From positions 1 through 61,593 of the IMG/VR virus record IMGVR_UViG_3300022074_000038: a stretch of DNA of 61,593 nt. The stretch is one strand, 5' to 3'. Under the pieces are notes generated by a model. It worked only from the letters and a program-made list of their open reading frames with translations. It made no database searches and had not been told where the DNA came from. Made by a program: the position numbers and the translations under genes. This document shows positions 9,893 through 21,054 of this stretch, in pieces. Position 1 is the stretch's first letter; the number at the start of each line of letters is the position of its first letter. This stretch comes from a virus. Taxonomy: Duplodnaviria; Caudoviricetes.

Positions 9893-10425
9893 CTTGGGCC
9901 TTCAAACCATGCAACAAGGCTTTTCCTTGTGCCGCTCGTGATTGGCGAAACTCTATGCTGCAAATAGCTTGGAAAAACTAGAACAGTTCCCTTGAGACGG
10001 GATGAAGCATCTGGCGTTTGGCATTCCGCGAACTCGAAGCCACCCCCCTCATATTCGCTTTGGTCTGAAAGCTGCACAGTTACGCTTAACTTTCTATCTC
10101 TCGCCTCGTTGCCATCCCAATTTACATCTATGTGCCAATCGTAATGACCACCTTTAGTAGCGTGATATTCTGTAAATTGAATATCGCATATATTCTCTAC
10201 TTGGAAATGAAAGGCGTTTTCGTTTGCAGCCTTAACATATTCCCAAAGAATATCTTGAACAGCATCATTGCCGCTCAACCAAGCAACATCGCTCGACCTT
10301 ACGCTTGTGTCTGCATTGTTAAAGGTTGTTGCCGCTTGTGTGTTCAGCTTAGAAGCTTCCGCAAAGATTATTGATAAATCACTATCGGAGAGGCCACCAG
10401 ACCACATCTGCCAGTTTTGTCGCAT
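9883..10425 (-). CDS. 2OG-Fe(II) oxygenase (prolyl-4-hydroxylase/PKHD-type)
   Basis: HYDWHID (HxD), RKLSVTVQLSD, YEGG, FPSYLQHRVSPITSGTRKSLVAW (distal His and Arg). Confidence 0.85.
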   Translation of the reverse strand: MRQNWQMWSGGLSDSDLSIIFAEASKLNTQAATTFNNADTSVRSSDVAWLSGNDAVQDILWEYVKAANENAFHFQVENICDIQFTEYHATKGGHYDWHIDVNWDGNEARDRKLSVTVQLSDQSEYEGGGFEFAECQTPDASSRLKGTVLVFPSYLQHRVSPITSGTRKSLVAWFEGPRWQ

Positions 10426-10447
10426 TAAATGCCCCCCAAATATAAAC

Positions 10448-10861
10448 TTATGCTGGTTTACTAGGCCATGTTATATCATGTGGAAACCCTACCTGCTGCG
10501 GAATATTTAGCAAGTCTGTTCTGTATTGCGTCCATGCTGCGCGTTGGGCATCTGTAAGACTATTCCAGCGCAAAGTATTCCCAGCGATAGGGTCAACCTC
10601 GTCCGTAAGCTTGTTATCCCTTACCATTCTTACATGTTGTGAGGCCTCTTCGTCTAACTCAGCTTGAGTTGGCGCAACATAAGCTGCTATGTTAGAACCC
10701 AAGATAATTTTTAAGTCTGCATTATTAATTGTTGTATCTGTGTCATCGTCACGAAGAGAGTAAGGTATCCAACCATAAAATGGATGATTGATTTCACAAT
10801 CTATATTCCCATCTGTATCCTTATAAACAGCGTTTCTTGCTTCTGTGATTTGTATAGCCAT
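10448..10861 (-). CDS. Tail fibre assembly chaperone (Tfa-like)
   Basis: C-terminal R..RD.KL...W..YR..L.NIPQQ.GFP..I.WP.KP signature. Confidence 0.75.
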   Translation of the reverse strand: MAIQITEARNAVYKDTDGNIDCEINHPFYGWIPYSLRDDDTDTTINNADLKIILGSNIAAYVAPTQAELDEEASQHVRMVRDNKLTDEVDPIAGNTLRWNSLTDAQRAAWTQYRTDLLNIPQQVGFPHDITWPSKPA

Positions 10862-10862
10862 G

Positions 10863-11231
10863 CTATGAAATCCTCACCCATAATGTGCCACCATAATAGC
10901 CAAAATTATTACCTGTATCAATAGGGGCCATGCAACGCCATGTTCCAGATAAACCAGTGGTTGAAGTTGTTGTGTTGTTGCTAAAACGCTCAAACTGGTT
11001 ACTAAAATCGCCCGTCATATTATAAAGCGAAGATGCTGCTATAGTATCACCACCAGCGTATTCATTGTAACGTGGCAAAAGCGCCCCAGTATAAGTTCCC
11101 ACAGCCCCATATGTGGTTGGTGGGCTACTAGCCGCTGAAATTGTGCTGGTTGTGGTGCTGTCTAAACTGGCAATATTCTGCAATTCTCTACTGTCATTTA
11201 CGACCGTTGTGCCGCTTATTTGAATAGCCAT
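10863..11231 (-). CDS. Small tail-fibre tip / associated protein
   Basis: 122 aa; AVGTY...LSGTWRCM...LWVRIS motif typical of short fibre tips, between the fibre and its chaperone. Confidence 0.6.
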   Translation of the reverse strand: MAIQISGTTVVNDSRELQNIASLDSTTTSTISAASSPPTTYGAVGTYTGALLPRYNEYAGGDTIAASSLYNMTGDFSNQFERFSNNTTTSTTGLSGTWRCMAPIDTGNNFGYYGGTLWVRIS

Positions 11232-11249
11232 CTTCGTGTCCTTCCACTA

Positions 11250-13451
<2,202 letters not shown>

Positions 13452-13886
13452 TTATGTTAGTTGGATGACACCGTTGCTTGGGCTGAAGTCTAAGGTGAAA
13501 GTATCACCGTTGTTCAGCGTCAATGAGGTGCCATAATCATAGTACCCAATGATTGGATCTGCTGGAGAAGAAACCGTATCATCAAAAATATAAATGTAGC
13601 GGAATGGACCAACAGTACCAGAGGCAGTGAGCGTAAGATCTGCAACAACCAGCTTATATACACCACCAGACTGTGATGATGCGCTTGTAGTCAGGTTGCG
13701 AGAAGACACATTGCTGTAGCTAATCTGTGTGAGATTACCAACAATGCCGTTACCATCTGCGGTTGGGTTGCTTGATTCACTTCCCGGTGCAGTATTTGTT
13801 AAGGCCACCGCAAGCTGATCGCTTGCCAGATCCATATTGTGGACTGCGTTTACCACAAAATCGTTTACTTTGTTAAAGCTCGCCAT
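13452..13886 (-). CDS. Virion structural protein
   Basis: 144 aa, beta-rich, in the structural operon; resembles the adjacent 144-aa gene (YDYG vs LDFG near the C-terminus). Confidence 0.6.
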   Translation of the reverse strand: MASFNKVNDFVVNAVHNMDLASDQLAVALTNTAPGSESSNPTADGNGIVGNLTQISYSNVSSRNLTTSASSQSGGVYKLVVADLTLTASGTVGPFRYIYIFDDTVSSPADPIIGYYDYGTSLTLNNGDTFTLDFSPSNGVIQLT

Positions 13887-13900
13887 TTAGATAACTCCTA

Positions 13901-14335
13901 TCATGCTATGCGAATTATAGCAGATGTGGCATCCGCTACGGGGAATTGTATTTCAAAGGTACTATCACTAGCAACTCTGTCGCTTCCAAAGTCTAACACA
14001 GCAACCGCTTTATTGGAAGCACTCGCGTTATAGATCAGCGCCCCCCTTGCTGTAAAGCTTGCGTCAGTCCATGAAATATTATCAAAGTCCACAATAGCGG
14101 TCGTGCCAGAGGTCTTTGGAAATGTAGATGTCACTGTCAACGGCTTGCCCCCCGCAGTGTATGCCGTTCCAGTTGTATTAGTTATTTCGTTTGATGTGCT
14201 ATACACAGTGGTATCCGCACCCAAAGATGCCGTGCTAGAATACAAAGCTATCCTGAACGTATGTGCATCAAAGTCATGCTCTGCCTTTAAAAGCTGAAGC
14301 TTAAAAGACGTACATGTTGTTTGAATTATTGCCAT
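13901..14335 (-). CDS. Virion structural protein
   Basis: 144 aa; FRIALYSS, TARGALIYN, VAVLDFG motifs common in phage virion proteins. Confidence 0.6.
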   Translation of the reverse strand: MAIIQTTCTSFKLQLLKAEHDFDAHTFRIALYSSTASLGADTTVYSTSNEITNTTGTAYTAGGKPLTVTSTFPKTSGTTAIVDFDNISWTDASFTARGALIYNASASNKAVAVLDFGSDRVASDSTFEIQFPVADATSAIIRIA

Positions 14336-14345
14336 ACCTTATCTC

Positions 14346-14978
14346 CTAAGCGGCAGGTTGTCTGTATGTATCAGTTCTCAACTTAGCCCCTAAAGAAGCC
14401 ATATTAACTAATGCTGATGAATATCTTTCATTATATAGCTGAACCATATCACCTTCGCCCTTCATGAACGTATACGCCTCTATGAGAGATCCGTAAAGCA
14501 ATGTTGCTTCTGCATTATCTCCAAGCCATGATGTGCCAGAGGTAACGATGGAGGGTGGGTCATAATAGTAATGCAATTCCAAGTCGTATGCAGCATCAGG
14601 CGTAGGGCCAAGCAAAAAGTTACCATGACCTGTAGCGGTATCCCCATCAAATATTGCGTAATACTGTGGTAGTCCCTGCACCGTGGTATCTGGATAGGCT
14701 TCTCGCACAAAGTTTACCTCTTTGTCCAAAAGGTAAGTGTACGTTGTGCCATTAATAATAGCTAAGGAGAACGTGGCTAAAAAGTCATCAGGCCTCGCAA
14801 CATACTTATTGCCAGCGTTTACATTGCCTGTGACGTTCTTGCGTAGCTCTGGAATGGTGATGTCCCTAAAGATCCGCTCTTCAGCCTGACGCACAAAGTT
14901 AGGGATATTGGTCACAAAGGTACTCTCTGTGTTCTCCGTATAGTCTTTGATCGCTTGCGTCAGTTCTGAATAGTTCAT
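14346..14978 (-). CDS. Head-tail adaptor / tail tubular protein A-like
   Basis: 210 aa; MNYSELTQAIKDY..FVRQAEERI, GLPQYYA, LGPTPD, LLYGSLIEAY motifs. Confidence 0.65.
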   Translation of the reverse strand: MNYSELTQAIKDYTENTESTFVTNIPNFVRQAEERIFRDITIPELRKNVTGNVNAGNKYVARPDDFLATFSLAIINGTTYTYLLDKEVNFVREAYPDTTVQGLPQYYAIFDGDTATGHGNFLLGPTPDAAYDLELHYYYDPPSIVTSGTSWLGDNAEATLLYGSLIEAYTFMKGEGDMVQLYNERYSSALVNMASLGAKLRTDTYRQPAA

Positions 14979-14984
14979 TTGAAC

Positions 14985-15659
14985 TTATTCCTCTTGGTAC
15001 AGGTTATCGAATATTTTGTTGACATCCATAGTATAGTCTAAATCGGATTTTGAATAGTGTATATGTTGAGATGGCTTGAAGTCTGGGGCACCAGTACCAG
15101 TCTCAAACCACGCAGGGTGAGTAACCCTTACACGATTGTTAGGCAGTGCCACCACATTCCCAGTCCATTCTCCAGCATCTAGAAGCTGCATAACATGACT
15201 TTGCTTATGCTGCGCTGGGTCATCCGCTATCTCACCTTCAGAGTAATCAACAGTGAACATGTACTTAGCAGGATACATGTTACCATCTATCTTTGCCAAC
15301 CAAGGACATGGGGTCGCTCTATCCAAGACATACACAGCGTGATTGTAGGACGAACAGTCCCAAGGCTGGGCATCATGCACAGCCATAGCAGAAGGCCACT
15401 CATTGAGCGGCTCATCGGCTACAAGAGCGGTTATAGGCATTCTCGCCCACATTGCGCCACCGTGTACATTCTCATCCCCTTCTTCATCTGCCTCACATCC
15501 TGTAAAGATAACTTGGAAGCTCAAGCATCTGTTTGGCATTGTCGTTACCGCTATTGCCATCGCATGTAAGAACTCGCCGTGGTATTGTTCATGGTTGTGA
15601 GTATACTCACGGCGAACCCAACACTTGAAGTGCGGTATGTTACTCTGCAAATAAGCCAA
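14985..15659 (-). CDS. Conserved phage hypothetical protein
   Basis: 224 aa ORF in the operon, with an SD-like GGGGGA upstream. Confidence 0.6.
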   Translation of the reverse strand: MAYLQSNIPHFKCWVRREYTHNHEQYHGEFLHAMAIAVTTMPNRCLSFQVIFTGCEADEEGDENVHGGAMWARMPITALVADEPLNEWPSAMAVHDAQPWDCSSYNHAVYVLDRATPCPWLAKIDGNMYPAKYMFTVDYSEGEIADDPAQHKQSHVMQLLDAGEWTGNVVALPNNRVRVTHPAWFETGTGAPDFKPSQHIHYSKSDLDYTMDVNKIFDNLYQEE

Positions 15660-15679
15660 TCTATCCCCCCAAGTTGACT

Positions 15680-15937
15680 TTACTTTTTAGTCTTACCGCC
15701 TTTGGCGTAACCCTTTTTCTTTTTCATCATAGCGCCACCCATTCTCTTTTTGGTAACACCACCTTTTTTCATCTTGCCTACACCATCAGCCGCAAATGCT
15801 GGGACGCTCTGCCCGTTCTTTTTGACCATAGGCATCTTTCCACCTGACTTCATGGCAACAGGCTTTTTCTTTTTCATTGCACCACCAGCCATCTTCTTGG
15901 TAACGCCGCCTTTTTTATAACCCTTCTTCTTCATCAT
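15680..15937 (-). CDS. Small Lys-rich basic protein
   Basis: 85 aa, highly Lys/Gly/Met-rich; AGGAG RBS upstream. Confidence 0.6.
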   Translation of the reverse strand: MMKKKGYKKGGVTKKMAGGAMKKKKPVAMKSGGKMPMVKKNGQSVPAFAADGVGKMKKGGVTKKRMGGAMMKKKKGYAKGGKTKK

Positions 15938-15948
15938 CGCTTTAACTC

Positions 15949-16263
15949 CTAAGTTATGTTGATAGTAACAGTGCCAACTTCAGCCTGCATAAACTGAAGG
16001 TCATTCCAAACAGGATTAAACCCAAACAGGCCACGACTCTCTTGTAAGGATGTATCTGGTCTTGGGTTCCTCAGAGACTGGGGATCATTTATCTTAACTC
16101 TGCCAAGAAAGTTTTGTGGTTGATCAGGGTCAACAACATCACGCCCAACCAGAAATCCAGTCTTCACGCCATTGTTAAACTCAGGCACAAGGTCTGCCAA
16201 AGGATATCTGAACCCTGTCTTATCGCAGTAACCAAAAGCGTATTTGCCCCTAGCGTAACTCAT
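15949..16263 (-). CDS. Hypothetical phage protein
   Basis: 104 aa, coupled to the upstream gene; CDKTGFRY...DPDQPQ...DPQSLRNPRPD. Confidence 0.6.
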   Translation of the reverse strand: MSYARGKYAFGYCDKTGFRYPLADLVPEFNNGVKTGFLVGRDVVDPDQPQNFLGRVKINDPQSLRNPRPDTSLQESRGLFGFNPVWNDLQFMQAEVGTVTINIT

Positions 16264-16940
16264 CAGGCACCCATTATGTATGTATTAAAGGGCACAAACC
16301 TTATTGACGCTCGCTCTTCATCTTCACCTGCTGCAAGATTATACTGAAGCTCATACTCTTGCTTTAGTCCAACCGCCATCTGTGGGTTCTTTTTCATGGC
16401 TAGGTAATAAGCCATGCCAGCTACCAAACAGGGCACAAAGCGAGGTGGCACAGAAGATATAGTTGTACCTACTCCAGATGACAGCCCATCAATACCCTTT
16501 AGTCTATGGTAAGATATTGTGTAAGCTGTTGTGTTATCAGGAACAGGCCACAAAGTTACTTTTGTTTCCGTTGGGAGCCTTTGGACGTAGATTTGGGTCG
16601 GCCTACCTTCCGTGTTTTTGTTGGTTTGCTGGGCGTAGGTCGAGACACTGACTCTTTCGAGGGAGGTGTCGATTTGGTTTGTACCTGTTCCTGTACGGAT
16701 TTGGTGTTCGATGATATCGATGGTGTCCGTAGGAAGGGTATACGTTGCCGTACCCGCTGTAACAGCGAGCGTACCCGCTTCAATAGTGAAGAGATTAAGA
16801 CCACGGTTCTGCCACTCCAATGTTAAAAGATTTAAACTTCTTCGTGCGGTTTTAAGATCGTATCCAGTACGCATCTCAAGGCCAGCCCTTTCAAAGGCTT
16901 CCTCAAAGATCTCTGGCATGTCTGGGGTTACTACAGCCAT
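16263..16940 (-). CDS. Head-tail adaptor-like protein
   Basis: 225 aa; EEAFERAG, ARRSLNLL..EWQNRG, GRPTQIY, LWPVPD motifs. Confidence 0.6.
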   Translation of the reverse strand: MAVVTPDMPEIFEEAFERAGLEMRTGYDLKTARRSLNLLTLEWQNRGLNLFTIEAGTLAVTAGTATYTLPTDTIDIIEHQIRTGTGTNQIDTSLERVSVSTYAQQTNKNTEGRPTQIYVQRLPTETKVTLWPVPDNTTAYTISYHRLKGIDGLSSGVGTTISSVPPRFVPCLVAGMAYYLAMKKNPQMAVGLKQEYELQYNLAAGEDEERASIRFVPFNTYIMGA

Positions 16941-17203
16941 TATGTTACTACGCTCCTAAACCGTTTGGTTTTTTCTGCAATTTTCTTAGGCTGCTTGGCA
17001 ACCTGCTTGCCCTTCTTGGTGGCCTCGCGTTTCTTTTTCGTAGTAGCGGCGTACTCCGCAGAGGTCAAAGACTTGATAGCCTTCTCAGGAAGATATCGCT
17101 CGCCTGTAGCCTTGCTCCCTTGCGTCGATGGCTTGCCAGACTTTGTTCGCCACTTTTGCTTCGTCCAAGACTTCAAGCTCTTCTGTGACTTCTTGAGCGC
17201 CAT
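16940..17203 (-). CDS. Small basic protein
   Basis: 87 aa, Lys-rich (SLKSWTKQKW, GERYLP), coupled to its neighbours. Confidence 0.65.
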   Translation of the reverse strand: MALKKSQKSLKSWTKQKWRTKSGKPSTQGSKATGERYLPEKAIKSLTSAEYAATTKKKREATKKGKQVAKQPKKIAEKTKRFRSVVT

Positions 17204-17496
17204 TAGCTTTTATAGCCTCCACCTGCTTTTTTATAAGCCTTCGCCAACATTTGCGCTTTTCTTGCCGACCATTGCCCCGGTTTGCCGCCCTTGCCGCCAG
17301 CCTTTATGCGGTTAAATATCCGCTTTCTTTTCTCTGGTTGAGTATAGTTGCCAGCTTCATTAACACGACTTTTAGATTTCTTCTTCGTCTTGCCACCTTT
17401 GCCAAAACGAATAATGTCCAAGTCTTTAGCATCATCACCTGTAGAGGTTCTGTTGCCTGTTAGTTGACTGCCCATCTGGGAACGAGAAATAGCCAT
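17203..17496 (-). CDS. Small basic protein
   Basis: 97 aa, Lys/Gly-rich; WSARKAQMLAKAYKKAGGGY. Confidence 0.65.
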   Translation of the reverse strand: MAISRSQMGSQLTGNRTSTGDDAKDLDIIRFGKGGKTKKKSKSRVNEAGNYTQPEKRKRIFNRIKAGGKGGKPGQWSARKAQMLAKAYKKAGGGYKS

Positions 17497-17787
17497 TTAA
17501 CATTTCCACCGTTTTCTTGCTTGCCTTAATCTACTGTTAGGATCTTTAGCAGCTTTAGGAAACTTCTTCATCTGTCCAGCAGAACGAGCGCAGAAAGATT
17601 TACGCCGCTTTGCATCCTTGCTTCCTTTTTTTACTTTACCTGTAACAGCAGTCTTTAACTTAGAGCCGGGGTTGTCCTTACGGTACTTAGCAACACCCTT
17701 CTTGGTCATGCCAGCACCAGATTTGGTAGGGCGCTTGTGACCGCCCTTTATAGTATGACCCTTCATGGTGCCCTTCTTCTCAGCCAT
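17497..17787 (-). CDS. Small basic protein
   Basis: 96 aa; RRKSFCARS, KDPNSRLRQARKRWKC. Confidence 0.65.
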   Translation of the reverse strand: MAEKKGTMKGHTIKGGHKRPTKSGAGMTKKGVAKYRKDNPGSKLKTAVTGKVKKGSKDAKRRKSFCARSAGQMKKFPKAAKDPNSRLRQARKRWKC

Positions 17788-17799
17788 ACCTTATCCTAT

Positions 17800-18405
17800 T
17801 TAGAAATGACCAAAGGCTGTGACCATATGAGATCCATCAACACGATATTTAATCACAAGACCGCCCTCAAATAGAACACCTTCATCTGGTATATAAACAT
17901 CATCAGCAGCATTGTTTACGCCGCTAGTTTTAGTTCTAAACAAAACAGAACCATTCTCTGGCGTTAGGCCGCTAATAAAATCAACCTGATGCGCTGCTGA
18001 ATTTGATATTGTTGTGAACGCCTTTAGCACAGCCCTGTTTTTAGTGATCTGTGAAACAGCTTGCGCTGCCATTCCTACAGATACGTTAGCAGCATACTGC
18101 GTACTACAGGTGGCTGAAGTTATTGTCTTGAAATAACTTGCTCCCGTAACGGTTGCGGCAGAACCAGTAGATGTTATCACTTCAGTAAGAACATCACCGT
18201 TTGCATCAGTGCCAACTATAGTGACTGTCTTTCCGCTATCACCTGTTCCTGTAGTGGTAACAGTAAGCAACCTAGCCGTTCCAGCGGTAAAGCTAGAGTT
18301 TGCAATAGTAAACGCTGTGTTTGGCCTATCGGCAGCGGCAACATAAGTAGTAGACGCAGCCTGTGCATCTACCACTGTTGTAGCCTGTATGTGGGATACA
18401 CCCAT
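17800..18405 (-). CDS. Virion structural protein
   Basis: 201 aa, Thr/Ala-rich, downstream of the capsid genes; AAGGAG RBS. Confidence 0.6.
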   Translation of the reverse strand: MGVSHIQATTVVDAQAASTTYVAAADRPNTAFTIANSSFTAGTARLLTVTTTGTGDSGKTVTIVGTDANGDVLTEVITSTGSAATVTGASYFKTITSATCSTQYAANVSVGMAAQAVSQITKNRAVLKAFTTISNSAAHQVDFISGLTPENGSVLFRTKTSGVNNAADDVYIPDEGVLFEGGLVIKYRVDGSHMVTAFGHF

Positions 18406-18417
18406 ATCCGTTACTCC

Positions 18418-18888
18418 TTACGGCTGGACCGCTGTATTGAATGCCTGTGCATACATCACTGTTATAACAACTGATCCCGCATTAGTACCTGCACTTGAGG
18501 TAGCTGTTAGTTTTAAATCAGATGCGCCAGTGTTTTTCCATGTAAGTGTACCACCGCCAGAAGCGCCTAACGCCTTGATACCTACAGTAGTTCCAGAAGC
18601 GACAGCATTAACGAGAGTCGCTGCACCACCTACAGTATCACCAACACTAATATTTGTCGTGGTGTTAGCAGCCACTTCTAAATCAATAATTATATCTACG
18701 ATTTTTGAGTTGGCAGGGATTACTACATTTGTGGCTTCTGCTGCGACAGCACCGCCAGAAATATCCATTACATGTTGTTGAGTCATTACAACATAACCTA
18801 CGTTTGCTATGTCTGACCCAACAGTAGTGCCCGTTGTGTTGCGAATGTTGCCAGCCCGTATAGGACCAGAAAAAGTAGTAGTACCCAT
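18418..18888 (-). CDS. Virion structural (head decoration-like) protein
   Basis: 156 aa; MGTTTFSGPIR N-terminus and IPANSKIVDI; AGGAG RBS. Confidence 0.6.
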   Translation of the reverse strand: MGTTTFSGPIRAGNIRNTTGTTVGSDIANVGYVVMTQQHVMDISGGAVAAEATNVVIPANSKIVDIIIDLEVAANTTTNISVGDTVGGAATLVNAVASGTTVGIKALGASGGGTLTWKNTGASDLKLTATSSAGTNAGSVVITVMYAQAFNTAVQP

Positions 18889-18960
18889 GTTGATCTCCTG
18901 TCTGGGTTAGTCAAACACACCATGTGTTTGTCAGGGATGCATATACAATACTAGATATTT

Positions 18961-18994
18961 AAACAAAAAGAAAGGGGCAACCTAAGTTGCCCCT
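18961..18994 (-). terminator. Rho-independent terminator after the major capsid gene
   Basis: AGGGGCAAC-ctaa-GTTGCCCCT hairpin (18973-18994) followed by a U-rich tract on the minus strand. Confidence 0.75.
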
Positions 18995-19046
18995 AAGTTA
19001 GAAAGGAGGAGAATACATGAAGTACCTTCTGCCCTTATAACACACT

Positions 19047-19952
19047 TTATGCTCCGCGAGAAGCGTACATTCCTAAAGGATCTGATACACCAAAGCTGTA
19101 ACGCTCACGCGCTTTATAGCGCACGTTACCAGTGTCAAAATCACCATCCATGCCTGTTTGCATAGCAGTACGAACAAAGTGCTTTAGCCCATTAGGCACA
19201 TCAGTTGTGATGAAGAAAGCATCATTGTCGGTCAGATAATGGTTCACTGCGTAACCCTCTGGGATGGACCCATTTGAGTTAAGTGCGTTGATATCATTAT
19301 CTGCTGTACCAACACGCTGAGTTGTTTCCAACAAGCGAGTTGCAACAAACATTAACGCTGGTGGAATGATAAGCTTACGAGGGCGAGCAGCAATTAACAA
19401 ACCACGTTCATCAGTGAACGCAGCAATATCAATAACAGCTTGCTCAAGTGAGGTTTCATTCAAATCAGCGTCAGTCGCAGGGCGGTTAGCGTTTGTAGTA
19501 CCCTGAACTGTAGGATGCGCTGTGTTAAACAATGTGACGCCATCACCTGAGTTAAAGGTGGTGAAGCCTGTATTTAACAAGGCAGCGGCCTTAGTCTGCT
19601 TGGTGTAAGCCATACCACGGGCAAGGGCCTTAGTATAACGTGCAGACAAGGAATCATACAGATTATCTTCCATAGCTTCTTCTGTGATGGAGAAACCCAT
19701 CGCAACAGTCTCATGGTTGTAACGCGCAGTGAATGATTCTTGTGCGTTGTCATATGAGATGGCAGAACCTTCCGCTTTCACGGGGGCTGCACCAAAGCCA
19801 GATAATTTTACTTCCTCTTCAAAACTACGCTCTGATGATTCAGTTTCATAAATTTCTGCATGTTCATCTTCGTATCTACCATATTCGATACCAAACAAAG
19901 CATTCAGACCGGGTAATAGCTCTTTAAGGAGCTGGGCGCGAGAAATAGCCAT
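19047..19952 (-). CDS. Major capsid protein
   Basis: 301 aa; MAISRAQLLKELLPGLNALFG, FSITEEAMEDNLY, PRKLIIPPAL, YKARERYSFG; strong RBS; followed by a terminator. Confidence 0.85.
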   Translation of the reverse strand: MAISRAQLLKELLPGLNALFGIEYGRYEDEHAEIYETESSERSFEEEVKLSGFGAAPVKAEGSAISYDNAQESFTARYNHETVAMGFSITEEAMEDNLYDSLSARYTKALARGMAYTKQTKAAALLNTGFTTFNSGDGVTLFNTAHPTVQGTTNANRPATDADLNETSLEQAVIDIAAFTDERGLLIAARPRKLIIPPALMFVATRLLETTQRVGTADNDINALNSNGSIPEGYAVNHYLTDNDAFFITTDVPNGLKHFVRTAMQTGMDGDFDTGNVRYKARERYSFGVSDPLGMYASRGA

Positions 19953-19964
19953 TGTTTATACTCC

Positions 19965-20558
19965 TTAAATACCAACGCCATTCGTCATCGAATGGGAGCT
20001 GGGGTTGAACTTTACGATAACATCAGTAAACGCATCGTTTACTGTTGAACCGGGCGCATCAACAAAACCAACAATCTTAAAAGCGATTGTAGCGGTTGTG
20101 TTTTTAGTAGCGATATCTAGAGAGATACCAGAGTTACCATCAAAGGTGCTTCCAGCATTTTGATTGATCGCCATGTTCTGATGCAAATCAGTCTGAGGCA
20201 CTTGACCATCAGCTTGAATTTGAAAACGAACAGTTGGATCATCAACGATATACGCCTGAGCGTCTGATGCCACTTGACCAGCAGGCCAAGACTGACGCTG
20301 AATGAATCCTTGAGTTGAGTCTGTGTAAGAACAACCCATGAATACACCGATAGTGCCAGCAGTGAAAGGCGCAGCGTTAGTTCCGACTGTGCCCATTTTT
20401 TCAATCGTTCCAGCGGCGACAACAGCAACGATGTCTCCGTAGAAGATTCCGGTAGCATATCCACTAGCAATAGGAAGCTGAGTAGTGGCACCTGCATAAG
20501 CAGTGCCCCCAACTTTATTCAGTGGGCGCAAACCGTAAGGATTAGATGTAGTAGCCAT
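19965..20558 (-). CDS. Capsid-associated (decoration/cement) protein
   Basis: 197 aa directly upstream of the MCP; NPYGLRP, GIFYGDIV, VDDP motifs. Confidence 0.6.
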   Translation of the reverse strand: MATTSNPYGLRPLNKVGGTAYAGATTQLPIASGYATGIFYGDIVAVVAAGTIEKMGTVGTNAAPFTAGTIGVFMGCSYTDSTQGFIQRQSWPAGQVASDAQAYIVDDPTVRFQIQADGQVPQTDLHQNMAINQNAGSTFDGNSGISLDIATKNTTATIAFKIVGFVDAPGSTVNDAFTDVIVKFNPSSHSMTNGVGI

Positions 20559-20610
20559 AAGGCCCTCCTGTCACCTAAGTTTACAAACTAGCAAGCACCC
20601 TTACTATAGG

Positions 20611-21054
20611 CTACTTACCAAACGAAGACCGCGTACTACGTTCTGGAGCCAGAACAGGCATACGTGGATCTGATTGTTTTAGGTAGGAATTGTCTACAGC
20701 TTCCATCTGGCTCTGTGCCATATCTAGCTGCTTTTCAACCCTAGCCTCAACTTGTTCAGTGGCGTTTTGACATAGCAATAAACCACCTACCTCAATGCCG
20801 TCTTGAAATCTTGAATCAATATCGGACACGATTTGAAGGTTTGGATGATCCTCTTTACGAACAGGTGTCCAACCTTCACGAAATCTGGAAGAGACATTTT
20901 TGTTATCCGTATTACCCAAAGTAGAAGTGCGAATCCAACGATAGCTAATGCCAGCGCGAGGTTCGGGGTTCGGTAACATTGTCGGTCTTTCCCATGACAC
21001 TTTACGTTTGACCGCTTCGCGGTCATCATTGCTGCGTGAGGTTCTGTTACTCAT
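20611..21054 (-). CDS. Conserved head-module hypothetical protein
   Basis: 147 aa between scaffold and capsid genes; YRWIR, REGWTPV, GGLLLC. Confidence 0.6.
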   Translation of the reverse strand: MSNRTSRSNDDREAVKRKVSWERPTMLPNPEPRAGISYRWIRTSTLGNTDNKNVSSRFREGWTPVRKEDHPNLQIVSDIDSRFQDGIEVGGLLLCQNATEQVEARVEKQLDMAQSQMEAVDNSYLKQSDPRMPVLAPERSTRSSFGK

